From a virus (taxonomy: Duplodnaviria; Caudoviricetes), in IMG/VR virus record IMGVR_UViG_3300028176_000004, positions 411 through 64,410 of that record: a DNA stretch of 64,000 nucleotides; one strand, given 5' to 3'. Below are positions 1 to 9,287 of this stretch, in pieces (position 1 is the stretch's first letter; every line of letters begins with the position of its first letter). A program made the position numbers and the translations under genes. Below the pieces are notes generated by a model, which did not search any database, was not told the DNA's origin, and saw nothing but the letters and a program-made list of their open reading frames with translations.

Positions 1-623
1 TCGGCTTCGGTGTACGGTTTACGATTTTTGAATACAATTCGGTTCACTTTATCAAACGTGAAATCACCGCCTGACTCTTGGTCAATACCCAAACGAAGTG
101 AAAGACCATCCAAATCTGAGAACGTATCAAAACCATCCTCATCTGGGTCGGAATCGCTGAGAACACCGTCAAGAGTTTTTCCAAAACAATAAAATGAATT
201 GTCCCAAATCTGCCAACCCTTTTCTGGTGCTGCATAGTCTTTGGTGTTGAACAACTGACGCTCTTGTGGTCTCAAATCTTTAACCATTTGAGGGTCAACA
301 TTGCTCTTTTTAGACAACTTGGCAGCATACTCACAAATCGGGCACTTTTTACCCGCTGTCATCTTCGGGCACACATAGGACTTACTCTCAGCACCCACAT
401 TTCTATGTGCATAGAATGTACGCTCATAGTGTAATTCACCCTTATCCGCCCATGGATTGCCTTCACCTACCACATACGATAGAATATCCACAATGGCCTT
501 ATTCTTGGGCTTGAACATCGACACACCATCGGGTATTCGTATCATGGTACTGCCACCCGTCATGTGCTTTTCAGCACGCTTCCTTACATTAGACGCAGCA
601 CTGCTTCTTTTTCTCTTTGTCAT
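1..623 (-). CDS. Single-stranded DNA-binding protein, T4 gp32-like (N-terminal part, runs off the window)
   Basis: Hand translation from ATG at 623 (SD GAAAGG) gives MTKRKRSS...YERTFYAH...YVCPKMTAGKKCPICEY..., open to position 1. It has a Zn-binding Cys cluster and lies next to a UvsY-like gene. Confidence 0.75.
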   Translation of the reverse strand, partial: MTKRKRSSAASNVRKRAEKHMTGGSTMIRIPDGVSMFKPKNKAIVDILSYVVGEGNPWADKGELHYERTFYAHRNVGAESKSYVCPKMTAGKKCPICEYAAKLSKKSNVDPQMVKDLRPQERQLFNTKDYAAPEKGWQIWDNSFYCFGKTLDGVLSDSDPDEDGFDTFSDLDGLSLRLGIDQESGGDFTFDKVNRIVFKNRKPYTEA

Positions 624-641
624 AACTAACCTTTCATTGAT

Positions 642-761
642 TTACTTAATTTTGTTGGCTATTTGCTTTCCACGATAGAACGCAAACACGGCAAACTTTA
701 CAATAAAATATCCCACAAAGGGTGATATTGCTACCAATATATAAATATCAATTCTATTCAT
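642..761 (-). CDS. Small membrane peptide (39 aa)
   Basis: MNRIDIYILVAISPFVGYFIVKFAVFAFYRGKQIANKIK; overlaps the stop of the upstream gene and fills the gap before SSB. Confidence 0.55.
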   Translation of the reverse strand: MNRIDIYILVAISPFVGYFIVKFAVFAFYRGKQIANKIK

Positions 762-1224
762 TTTTGGCCTTCCTTCTTCTGCTCCTTGTTCGGGCAGTTT
801 CTTTTCTCATATCATCAGTAGCATCATCATCTTCATATGAACTTGTGAACGCCTGAGAATGGGAATAGCACAACTCCTTCAAAGAATGCTTTTTATGCTC
901 CAACGCATTACAAGCACCTTGAAGAATATCATAGTCATATTTCGCCTCAGCCACATCTGCCACTGCTTGAATATACCACTCGTGCTTTATTATTGTTGAT
1001 GCTACAGCACCCTCAGTAATTTTTGATAATCCAAACTTGAGTGGATTTTTCCTAATCATCAAATCCAATTTAGCTTTCACCACGTCAAGTCTATTTTTTT
1101 GTAAATCCATAAACTTGCGTGCCGCCGCAGTCTTTTCCGTATAATTATATACCAAATCGGCTTGCTTCAAAAGCTCTTTAGCTAAATCCATCTCATCAAT
1201 TTGAAAATCTGAATGTTTCTTCAT
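754..1224 (-). CDS. UvsY-like recombination mediator
   Basis: 156-aa all-helical protein with the FQIDEMDL...KITEGAVASTI...ALEHKKHSLKEL pattern; adjacent to SSB, and the genome encodes RecA. Confidence 0.65.
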   Translation of the reverse strand: MKKHSDFQIDEMDLAKELLKQADLVYNYTEKTAAARKFMDLQKNRLDVVKAKLDLMIRKNPLKFGLSKITEGAVASTIIKHEWYIQAVADVAEAKYDYDILQGACNALEHKKHSLKELCYSHSQAFTSSYEDDDATDDMRKETARTRSRRRKAKNE

Positions 1225-1228
1225 ATCA

Positions 1229-2152
1229 TTATCCGTGTAAAACTTCGTAGCAGGCAGCCACTACGCCCGCTGCTTTATTATCGTAGAATGGTGCGGAAAA
1301 TGCCTGTATAATTAAAAATGCTCTATCAGCTAAATATCCACCACTCAACAAAACACTCTTAGCATAACCCAATACGCACCACCGAATCGTCTCAGAATCA
1401 TTCAACTCCATTTTACGTAACATAGCGGCGATTTCCGGCCACTTTGCCTTGGGGTTGTGTAATACCCTGGCCAAATCGATTGCTGCCTTTTCGTCCACCA
1501 TTTCCGCAACACCCTCCAACATATCCTCTGTGGTGGTGAGATTTATAACCTTATGGAGTGAAACGAGTGCTGTGCGGGCTGACTTATCCGAATTTTTAGC
1601 AATCTTTGCCAAAACCTCATCAGGCAGCATCTTACCTTCTTTTTCACAAACGGATTTCAACAAATTTATCAAATCAGCTTCTTTAATGGGCTTGACCTCA
1701 AATTTAGTGAACCGGTTTCTCAAAGTAGGAATTAATTTTTTCGGGTCAGTAGTAGCCATGAAAAAATATACATGACTTGGTGTATCTTCCGTCATCTTGA
1801 GAAATGCGTTTTGCGCATCGGTCGTCATCTTATGCGCCTCATCAATAATCCACACACGGGCCTTACCCGATATTGGACTCAAGCTCATCCGCTTTCGAAT
1901 ATCTCTAATGCTTGCGATACCATTAAAATCAGCACTGTTAAGCTCTTCCACGTCCTGCTCACCGGCATCCACATACTGACAAAGAATCCTTGCCAGTGTA
2001 GTTTTACCACATCCGCTTTCCCCTGTGAAAAGAACGGCATGCGGGACAGCTTCGGCTTTAATAAGTTGTTTGAGTGCTTTCACAGCTGAATCTTGCCCAA
2101 TAACGGCTTTGAAATTCTTTGGACGGTATTGTTTGTAAAGTTCTAACGACAT
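1229..2152 (-). CDS. dnaX: DNA polymerase III gamma/tau-like clamp loader
   Basis: LYKQYRPKNF N-terminus, Walker A GESGCGKT, Walker B IIDEAH, NAFLKMTED, LRNR arginine finger; SD GAGGA before ATG 2152. Confidence 0.9.
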   Translation of the reverse strand: MSLELYKQYRPKNFKAVIGQDSAVKALKQLIKAEAVPHAVLFTGESGCGKTTLARILCQYVDAGEQDVEELNSADFNGIASIRDIRKRMSLSPISGKARVWIIDEAHKMTTDAQNAFLKMTEDTPSHVYFFMATTDPKKLIPTLRNRFTKFEVKPIKEADLINLLKSVCEKEGKMLPDEVLAKIAKNSDKSARTALVSLHKVINLTTTEDMLEGVAEMVDEKAAIDLARVLHNPKAKWPEIAAMLRKMELNDSETIRWCVLGYAKSVLLSGGYLADRAFLIIQAFSAPFYDNKAAGVVAACYEVLHG

Positions 2153-2166
2153 AAAAAGTTCCTCGA

Positions 2167-3585
2167 TTAAAATGAATATTCTTGTTTGTGATACCAACTT
2201 TGATTAATGGGGGCCACCTCAGCTTCAATTTCCAACTGAGTGGTTATCCATTTCCACTTCTTACATATATCTTGAGTCATGACGGTGTTAGCAATTTCTA
2301 AATAGTCTTTCAATTCCTTCGCATAAACATCTGCCACAATACTATCGTGAATCTGACCTACTATTAAACTTTTCATTTTATATTTTGTTAATATTTTTTG
2401 AATACGTATCAAGCTCCATAATAAGCAATGAAATGCGGTTCCTTGAACAACATAGTTTGTCACTTCTTTTCGATTGAATACGCCTTCGGTTCGAAATCCG
2501 GTCAGCGTTTCAAAATACCCTTTATGGCAATACGCATCCCACCACTCAGACTTCCATTGGTTGTAGACTTTGAAACGATTATTCCAAAAATCATTTTCCA
2601 CCGCTTTCATATGATGAATAAATTCATGTGGCTGCGGCGGTGTATCTCTATTATACACGCCCAGTTCCGTAATACCCTTGCGTTGTAAATGCGTATACAA
2701 TGACGTTCCATCCCGCTTCACCAAATGCATCTTTTCAATAGAACCCCATAAACTGGTAGCATTACTCACAAACCAATCCCCGTAAAACTGAGGAAAAACA
2801 AACCCGCCTTTTCCACAATCTCTCAAGTTCTTTATCCGCTTTTTATCACCGGCAATTTCAGGGTCATTTATCATTTCAATCTTATTCAACTTAAAACACT
2901 GCTGAGCCATATCCCTGTGCATATCCTTAGATTTATCATGTAGATAATCGTACATCACAGGGTCATGATGATACCACGTGGCGGCATGAACTTCCACGCC
3001 CGAATAGTCAGCTTCAACAATATGGTGGCCGTCTCTGGGAATGAAACATTGTCGTATTAATTTACCAATCTCAGGGTCACGAATCGGTATATTTTGAAAG
3101 TTGGGTGAGTCTGATGAGCTGCGAAATGTAACCACAAAATTTAAGTTGAAACTTGGATGTACGATACCATTGTCTGTTGCTTTTTTAATTCCCAACAAAT
3201 ACGTTCCCATTGCCTTTTTTAATTTAGCCAGCTTCAAGTATCTACGTACAAACGCACTATCAATAGTTGATAACGCTTCCTCATCAACTTTATCCTTACC
3301 CGTATCAGTTTTGGATGTACTCACATACTCAAATTGCTCAAATAGTATTGTCGCCAATTGCTCTCTACTATCCAAATTAAACTTTTGGCCGTATGTCTTT
3401 CGCCAGGCTTTGTATATCTTATCGGCTTTCATTCTATCTACAATTGTTCCAATTTTAGCCTTAGTTTCTGATATAGCTTTGAGTAAATATTCTGTATCAA
3501 TCCGCATACCATTTTTCTCAACTTGAGCTAAAGCAATAACACCCTCGTGAAATAACTCGTATGAACTTGCATTAATCGGTCGCAT
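2167..3585 (-). CDS. polA: Family A DNA polymerase, polymerase domain only
   Basis: TFRSSSDSPNFQNIP, motif A EADYSGVE, motif B RDCGKGGFVFPQFYG, motif C QIHDSI; own SD (AGGAG) before ATG 3585. Confidence 0.92.
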   Translation of the reverse strand: MRPINASSYELFHEGVIALAQVEKNGMRIDTEYLLKAISETKAKIGTIVDRMKADKIYKAWRKTYGQKFNLDSREQLATILFEQFEYVSTSKTDTGKDKVDEEALSTIDSAFVRRYLKLAKLKKAMGTYLLGIKKATDNGIVHPSFNLNFVVTFRSSSDSPNFQNIPIRDPEIGKLIRQCFIPRDGHHIVEADYSGVEVHAATWYHHDPVMYDYLHDKSKDMHRDMAQQCFKLNKIEMINDPEIAGDKKRIKNLRDCGKGGFVFPQFYGDWFVSNATSLWGSIEKMHLVKRDGTSLYTHLQRKGITELGVYNRDTPPQPHEFIHHMKAVENDFWNNRFKVYNQWKSEWWDAYCHKGYFETLTGFRTEGVFNRKEVTNYVVQGTAFHCLLWSLIRIQKILTKYKMKSLIVGQIHDSIVADVYAKELKDYLEIANTVMTQDICKKWKWITTQLEIEAEVAPINQSWYHKQEYSF

Positions 3586-4789
3586 ACAACTCCTGTATTT
3601 TATTTTTGCTAAAGGCCAACATCTGAATCTCAGCAACCTTAAATGTAACCAACGAATCCATACCATTATATAATAATAAATCGCCAGTTGGTATTTGATG
3701 TATCTTATTTAGTTTGGATGTACCGGATGACTCCAATAAATGATTTACACTATCGTTATAACTCTTAACACCTAACAACACATACGCTTGAAATTTTAAA
3801 CCTGTAACTTTAGGCTGACTATTTATAATATGAGCGGCAATCATTGTATCCCAAAACCAATTTCTCACCTTTGTTCCTACCTTTTCCACCGTCCATCTTT
3901 CTTCAAACTTTAAGTTGGCCGCCATTTTCTTGCTTTCATTGCGAAATAGATTATACATCACCTCACATATTTCATCATTCCAACTGAAAGCGATAGTTCT
4001 TCGCCCACCCCAACATATAGAACAAGAAAATAATTCACTGCCTTTTATTTCCGGCTTCAAGCAATTCGCCTCATAATCAAAAGCAAATGGCTGCTTCTTT
4101 TTCGCCATATCGTTTATATATTTTACGGCCAAAGACGGCCTTGCAATAATCTCAATATCTCTTTCGTATATCGGCAATACACCCCAAGGATAATCAAAAC
4201 ACTTATCCAACGATGCTAAAAAATATCTTTTGAATAATACTTTCTTGACTTCACTTCTATCATCAAAGAACGCCGGATGGTAATTGGGGGCAATCCACAT
4301 GTTTAGCGTTTGGCAGGGTATGTTATAACCCACCCAACTATCTAAGGCAGGAAATTTTTCAGACTTCCACGTTTGACCAATTACCATTTTAGTGGACGCA
4401 TACCCCATTGGTATTACAACTTTGGGTCGGTGCTTTTTAATAAACCTTAAAAAATATGGAAAACACGCCGCTATCTTTGCATCATCAATTTTTTTATGGT
4501 GAGTATGGCATCGAATCGTGTGCCCTACCCAACAATCATCCCTGGCTGATATACCCCTCTTGGATAGTATGCGTTCAATGTAACGGCCCGCTGTAGTGTC
4601 CCAAAACGCCACACCATTATCTTCAGCCACAGACGGAACCTCAGACAATATCAAAATCCCCTTTTTACCCCGTCCTGAATATTCTATTTTGGGAGTGCAA
4701 CAGCTGCGATACAATCCACACCCACCGCACAACGGAATGCTGCCGGTGGGTGCCTTCTTCGCATACTTAGACATCGAAAAAAAACTCAT
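3572..4789 (-). CDS. Family-4 uracil-DNA-glycosylase-like domain fused to a 3'-5' exonuclease (N-terminal half of an SPO1-type polymerase)
   Basis: CGGCGLYRSCC Fe-S-type cysteines, SEVPSVAED (diverged motif A), YHPAF; exonuclease motifs FDYE, NLKFE, WDTMIAAH, YNGMDS. Confidence 0.85.
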   Translation of the reverse strand: MSFFSMSKYAKKAPTGSIPLCGGCGLYRSCCTPKIEYSGRGKKGILILSEVPSVAEDNGVAFWDTTAGRYIERILSKRGISARDDCWVGHTIRCHTHHKKIDDAKIAACFPYFLRFIKKHRPKVVIPMGYASTKMVIGQTWKSEKFPALDSWVGYNIPCQTLNMWIAPNYHPAFFDDRSEVKKVLFKRYFLASLDKCFDYPWGVLPIYERDIEIIARPSLAVKYINDMAKKKQPFAFDYEANCLKPEIKGSELFSCSICWGGRRTIAFSWNDEICEVMYNLFRNESKKMAANLKFEERWTVEKVGTKVRNWFWDTMIAAHIINSQPKVTGLKFQAYVLLGVKSYNDSVNHLLESSGTSKLNKIHQIPTGDLLLYNGMDSLVTFKVAEIQMLAFSKNKIQELYATD

Positions 4790-5787
4790 ACCACCGCCGC
4801 CATCAAACAAGTAACATATTGCATTTTACCCTGTTTGACTTTCAACCGGCCTTCCGTTATCTCGCACTGATTGTTCTTCGCCAAGTCTACTAACAACTTG
4901 GGTGCTATTCTGAAGGATATGTTGTGGCCTTCGTATTGGATATGCTTTATCTCACTAAACCATCCACTCGCACCTTCACCCTTAATTTTCATAGCACCTG
5001 GCCTTAAATGAACCTCAATGCTTTTATCTTCAATATTTTCAATTGAAAATACTTCGGCCCTCTCAACAGCATCTTTAATATCCTTGGGCAGAACCGTCTT
5101 TTCACCATCCACGTCAAAACTCTTTGATATGTCGGGATAATCTTCCACGAATCGCCGGCACGACAAAATCAACCCTGAAGGATTTCTAAAATGGATCCAA
5201 TTGCGTGTTTCGGAAAACTCAGTCATATCCAAAGCTTGTATATTTTTCAAGCTATCTTTCCTGATAACAATCTCTTCACGCACACCTGTCATAATATTAT
5301 ACCTACCAGCCTGTGCGTTGTCGCACGCCTCTACCCACTCTGGATGAACGTGAATACACGTTAATGCAAAATGACTTTCATCCCTGCTGGCACAAGAACT
5401 TACCATGGAAACTGCGGTTCCAAAATCCTCTGGAACTGGTTTCCATTTCTTTGGAGTTTCTAAAGATTCAAGCGGCAATAAAATTTCGGCTTCAGCCCTG
5501 ATGCCTGATTTCTTCTTCTTACCGCTCACCAACAATTCACCTTCAGTAAGAGTGATATTCAAATCATCCTCTTTAAGCTTCTTCAATAAACTTAACAATG
5601 GTGCTGCCTGAACTGCGCAGGTCAAATCCATACACGTTGGGAATCGGGCAGCCACCTCATCATTAAAGGTTATCACCTGACCATCTGAAAAAACAAAACA
5701 GTTGCTTTGCTCAATCTGCTCCTTGGCCGATAATCCTGGTGTCACGGCTTCCAATTCTTTCAACAATAAATCTCTGTTTACTCTCAT
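4786..5787 (-). CDS. dnaN: Beta sliding clamp-like protein
   Basis: MRVNRDLLLKELEAV N-terminus, RDESHFALTCIH, YPDISKSF and three repeated clamp-like domains; next to DnaX and the polymerase. Confidence 0.8.
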   Translation of the reverse strand: MRVNRDLLLKELEAVTPGLSAKEQIEQSNCFVFSDGQVITFNDEVAARFPTCMDLTCAVQAAPLLSLLKKLKEDDLNITLTEGELLVSGKKKKSGIRAEAEILLPLESLETPKKWKPVPEDFGTAVSMVSSCASRDESHFALTCIHVHPEWVEACDNAQAGRYNIMTGVREEIVIRKDSLKNIQALDMTEFSETRNWIHFRNPSGLILSCRRFVEDYPDISKSFDVDGEKTVLPKDIKDAVERAEVFSIENIEDKSIEVHLRPGAMKIKGEGASGWFSEIKHIQYEGHNISFRIAPKLLVDLAKNNQCEITEGRLKVKQGKMQYVTCLMAAVV

Positions 5788-5798
5788 CTTGTTATCCT

Positions 5799-6593
5799 TT
5801 AATTATTCTCATTTTGAAAAACTTTTAGAATCCATTTTGGATTTAGTCGTAACTTAAAATACATCAAGCTATCACTATCACAATGACCACCATCGTTCAC
5901 TAACTTTTTACGGTTTTGGATATAAGGCATTTGATAAAAATTATATCGCATAAGTTCATTCAAAAATGGTGTACCGTCATCAATACAATATCGATAATTT
6001 ATGAACGCATAATTTTCATCAAAAACATTCATCCCCACACACACGCCGTCATTAAATAACCCCCAACGATTTTTCCCCATAAGAACAAATTGTATCAGGA
6101 GTTCGTTATCAAATAACTCACGGCCATCAGCCCATTTTAACAATAACGTCTCAGCTGCTTCGCTGTCCTCTAAACTATCGGTCAACGGTCGATATACTAA
6201 AGCACCACCGCTTCTTGCTGGATATTTGCGTATGTTCCTGCGGAACGCTTTCCACTGCTTACCCTGAAGGTTGTTAAATGATTTGGGGTCGTAAATATAT
6301 TGATAATCCAAAACCTTGAAATGAGTCTTTTGTGATTTACCATCTTCCACCACGCTGCTATAAAAGGGCACACTGGTCTCTAATTCCCCCAAAGCATTCA
6401 ATGGTGGGAAATACCATTCCCCATTATCCTTAAAACCCCTCAAACCACCGTCAATAGAATACTTCAAACCCTTGAGTTCAATATACTCCAGGCTCATCCA
6501 GAAATTTGGCAAATGCTTAGCTTTCTGAATCGCCGCTAAGTATTCCAAGATTTCCGCCCTTTTTCGCATCTGAGTTGCTGTTAGTCTTTCCAC
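5799..6593 (-). CDS. DUF2156-like GNAT (MprF/LPG synthase C-terminal type, putative aminoacyl-tRNA-dependent transferase)
   Basis: DYQYIYDPKSFNNLQGKQWKAFRRNIRKY and VNDGGHCDSDSLMYFKLRLNP match the DUF2156 pattern (DY.Y...L.G...R / N.G....L..FK..L.P). Start codon uncertain. Confidence 0.7.
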   Translation of the reverse strand: MERLTATQMRKRAEILEYLAAIQKAKHLPNFWMSLEYIELKGLKYSIDGGLRGFKDNGEWYFPPLNALGELETSVPFYSSVVEDGKSQKTHFKVLDYQYIYDPKSFNNLQGKQWKAFRRNIRKYPARSGGALVYRPLTDSLEDSEAAETLLLKWADGRELFDNELLIQFVLMGKNRWGLFNDGVCVGMNVFDENYAFINYRYCIDDGTPFLNELMRYNFYQMPYIQNRKKLVNDGGHCDSDSLMYFKLRLNPKWILKVFQNENN

Positions 6594-6672
6594 GGCACTT
6601 CTTTCTGTTTTTAACTAATTTATTAATTAATGCTTTAGATACACCGCCACTTTTTCTGCTTTTACCGCCCAT
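6517..6672 (-). CDS. Small basic Gly/Lys/Ser-rich peptide (51 aa)
   Basis: Hand translation MGGKSRKSGGVSKALINKLVKNRKKCRGKTNSNSDAKKGGNLGILSGDSES; SD AAAGGA about 7 nt before the ATG; overlaps the DUF2156 start. Confidence 0.55.
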   Translation of the reverse strand: MGGKSRKSGGVSKALINKLVKNRKKCRGKTNSNSDAKKGGNLGILSGDSES

Positions 6673-6690
6673 ATGTATTTCCTTTAACTT

Positions 6691-7398
6691 CTAACCGCCC
6701 AATTCATCATATACACACTGAGAAATGATACCCGTGAAGGGCATCGCCTTCTCATTACTTTCGAACAAAACTACATCTTTACCAACGAAGTAAAATGCTA
6801 CGGAACCCACAAAAGAAAACAACGCCAAAAAGTCATTAGTTCGCACCCCTATGGATGAAAAATCTTTCAACGGTTCAGCCGCTAACAATCCATCAGACTT
6901 CTGCTGTTTAATGGTAACCACCGAACCGGAATATATGTTGCGTTGCTGGCAAATAAATTCACCGCCTTCCACCTTGAATTCAATGTGGGATAATTCCTCA
7001 TCCAACAACTTAATAAAATCCTCATCCAAAACAATCTTATTGCAACGCTTGGCTGAAGACACTACATCTTTATAATACTTTTGAACCTGCTTGGGTGAGT
7101 GGTCAGGTGTCCGGCAGGACTTCTGACGAATGTACTTGCCTTCTTTTTGAATGAAAACAATCCGTCCATCTTTCTCAGTGAACTTATTGCTATCATAATC
7201 AGACGCCATAAACGACACCGGATGCTCAAAAGTTTTTTCACCCCTTCGCAAAGGGCAACGCATTAGCACGGTGTGGTCTTGATTCATAATGAATACCGAA
7301 TCGCCTAAACAATAGATAGTATTCTTCAAACGTCCATTTTGCTGTAATGCCGCCGCATGCGCAAAAATATTTTCTACTCTTTTTCTCACTTCATTCAT
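6691..7398 (-). CDS. Hypothetical beta-rich protein (possibly clamp-like)
   Basis: 235-aa ORF with SD AAAGGA and an upstream promoter motif; no motif recognised. Confidence 0.6.
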   Translation of the reverse strand: MNEVRKRVENIFAHAAALQQNGRLKNTIYCLGDSVFIMNQDHTVLMRCPLRRGEKTFEHPVSFMASDYDSNKFTEKDGRIVFIQKEGKYIRQKSCRTPDHSPKQVQKYYKDVVSSAKRCNKIVLDEDFIKLLDEELSHIEFKVEGGEFICQQRNIYSGSVVTIKQQKSDGLLAAEPLKDFSSIGVRTNDFLALFSFVGSVAFYFVGKDVVLFESNEKAMPFTGIISQCVYDELGG

Positions 7399-7423
7399 AT
7401 CATATCCTTTTATGTTAAACTAC

Positions 7424-7437
7424 ATATATAAATCGTA
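7424..7437 (-). promoter_or_regulatory. ACGATA-type promoter motif (variant TACGATTTATATAT)
   Basis: Intergenic variant of the motif seen at 11841, 42352, 45390, 50050, 50154 and 50636. Confidence 0.45.
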
Positions 7438-7440
7438 GAC

Positions 7441-7827
7441 TCAGTGGAATTTAATCTGTTTATAAGCAAACTTTTTCCACTTCCCACCATCTAAATATTT
7501 TTGTACGACACTTTCCTCAATCCCTAATCGCATACAAACAATGCTAAGTGGCTTCTTACGCACTATATGTTGAAAGTAGATATATTCCCCAGCTGACTCA
7601 TTTACAGACGTATACGGCAAATCTGCCAACGGGTACACATCATACTCTTTCTTGTCCGGATAATCAGTAGCATCTTGACAAATACGCTCAAACGATTTTT
7701 CAACGTCATTCGCCTTCTTACCCAAAGCACGTGCTATGGTAGTGAATGGGATGCTACGAGTGGCGCAGAAAAATATAAACACATATCCATTATCACCATA
7801 CTGTTTATTCACATTACCGTCCATCAC
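7441..7827 (-). CDS. Putative tandem-HTH DNA-binding protein
   Basis: Two HTH-like segments, FTTIARALGKKANDVEK and PLSIVCMRLGIEESVVQKYL; start overlaps the radical SAM stop. Confidence 0.5.
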   Translation of the reverse strand: MMDGNVNKQYGDNGYVFIFFCATRSIPFTTIARALGKKANDVEKSFERICQDATDYPDKKEYDVYPLADLPYTSVNESAGEYIYFQHIVRKKPLSIVCMRLGIEESVVQKYLDGGKWKKFAYKQIKFH

Positions 7828-9224
7828 ACTAAACCTTTCAAAATATCTAATCTAAAATCACTATTATCAAAACGCCAAATTATGTTGCCGTCTGAATTAC
7901 CGGCCACATCCAATCCTCTACTCCAACTATGGCTGTACGCATCGTTACCCCCACAATTCCACAATTGGTGAACTTCCTGTTCTAATGCTTCTGATAAAAA
8001 GCCACCACGCTTATTTACCCAAGCCGCAAATTGCTTCCAAGTGGTTGGCTTTCCCTTCTTGGATTTTATATAACGGGCCGCCATTACCGTACAACCCCAA
8101 TTCATGCCAAAATCCTTAAACCAATCACCCACTTCACAACAAACGGATTGGTCGTTGTCGGGATTATTTCCCATATCAAACGTAGAACAACTGAACCCTT
8201 CTTTGCGGAACTCTTTCATAAATTCACCCAGCAACAAACTTCCCAACGCCTGAGAATCGCACCCTGCTAAAACAATCCTTTGCCAATCCAATCCCACGTT
8301 CTTGAAACTTTGACTGATACCTGGATTTTTAGCGGTGTATGAATACGTATCAAACGTGATATTCTTCACGCCAATACGTTTCATATCTTCCATGTACTTC
8401 ATAACATCTTCTTGCCGGTCATTTACAAAAGGTAAAAACGGCTCAATGCGGGCAACTACTCTAACCCCTGCCTGTACAAGTTCTTCCATGGCGTCCACTC
8501 TTTCTTGGTAGGATGGTGCGCCTGGTTCAATGGACTTTAATAATTTATCATCACTACTAATCAACGTGATATGAATAGCAGTTCCGGCCTTATTTCGTGA
8601 TAATGCTTTAACATATGCGCTCTCACCCACCAACGCTGATTTCGTGTTTATCATCAACGGATATGCATTGTCTGCTAAGTATTCCAGCAACTGTAAAGCA
8701 ATTCCATACTGCTTTTCCTCTTCCAAAAAATCTTCAAAACGAATACCGAACCTCATGGGTATCTGCATGGCTATTGCCTTGGCAACGGAATTTTTAACCG
8801 CATGAGGGTCGGTGCCTCGTAACACCATCATTTTATCTAATTCTGTTTTGTACTTATCTGGATTGCAATGACGATACCCCATTGTTTTACTGTTATCAAA
8901 AAACGCCGTATATAACGATGCCCTGAAGGCATTTGCATAGCAATATTTACAATCAAACGGACACAAAAGCCCATCCCAAATATCTATATTCAACGGCATA
9001 GGACACGCCGCCGCTCTACACGATATTTCAACAAAGCTGTTTACTTCTTCCGTATTCAGCAAACGTTCCTGCTTCACCCAATTTTCACCGTTCAACTTGA
9101 ATTCTTGATATCCGGTTTTACGGCCTTTTTCTTTGACAGCTTTAGCCTTGGTCTTGTGTGTCAAAAATCCGCTCATACGAGGAACTATTTTGGAAACGTC
9201 TTTTCTCAAATCCCAATAACTCAT
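7824..9224 (-). CDS. Radical SAM enzyme, spore photoproduct lyase (SPL/SplB)-like
   Basis: CPMPLNIDIWDGLLCPFDCKYC contains CX3CX2C; also VVARIEPFLP and a C-terminal CCEVG. Confidence 0.85.
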   Translation of the reverse strand: MSYWDLRKDVSKIVPRMSGFLTHKTKAKAVKEKGRKTGYQEFKLNGENWVKQERLLNTEEVNSFVEISCRAAACPMPLNIDIWDGLLCPFDCKYCYANAFRASLYTAFFDNSKTMGYRHCNPDKYKTELDKMMVLRGTDPHAVKNSVAKAIAMQIPMRFGIRFEDFLEEEKQYGIALQLLEYLADNAYPLMINTKSALVGESAYVKALSRNKAGTAIHITLISSDDKLLKSIEPGAPSYQERVDAMEELVQAGVRVVARIEPFLPFVNDRQEDVMKYMEDMKRIGVKNITFDTYSYTAKNPGISQSFKNVGLDWQRIVLAGCDSQALGSLLLGEFMKEFRKEGFSCSTFDMGNNPDNDQSVCCEVGDWFKDFGMNWGCTVMAARYIKSKKGKPTTWKQFAAWVNKRGGFLSEALEQEVHQLWNCGGNDAYSHSWSRGLDVAGNSDGNIIWRFDNSDFRLDILKGLV

Positions 9225-9287
9225 TTTATACTTTCATCAAATAATTATTGTTGTCTTAATATCATTGTCTTAATATCGTTAATGTGC

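Noticed and set aside
9250-9277. 13-bp direct repeat TTGTCTTAATATC x2 between the MTase-fold and radical SAM genes
   Set aside because: Only two AT-rich copies, not found elsewhere; could be an operator but is unsupported.
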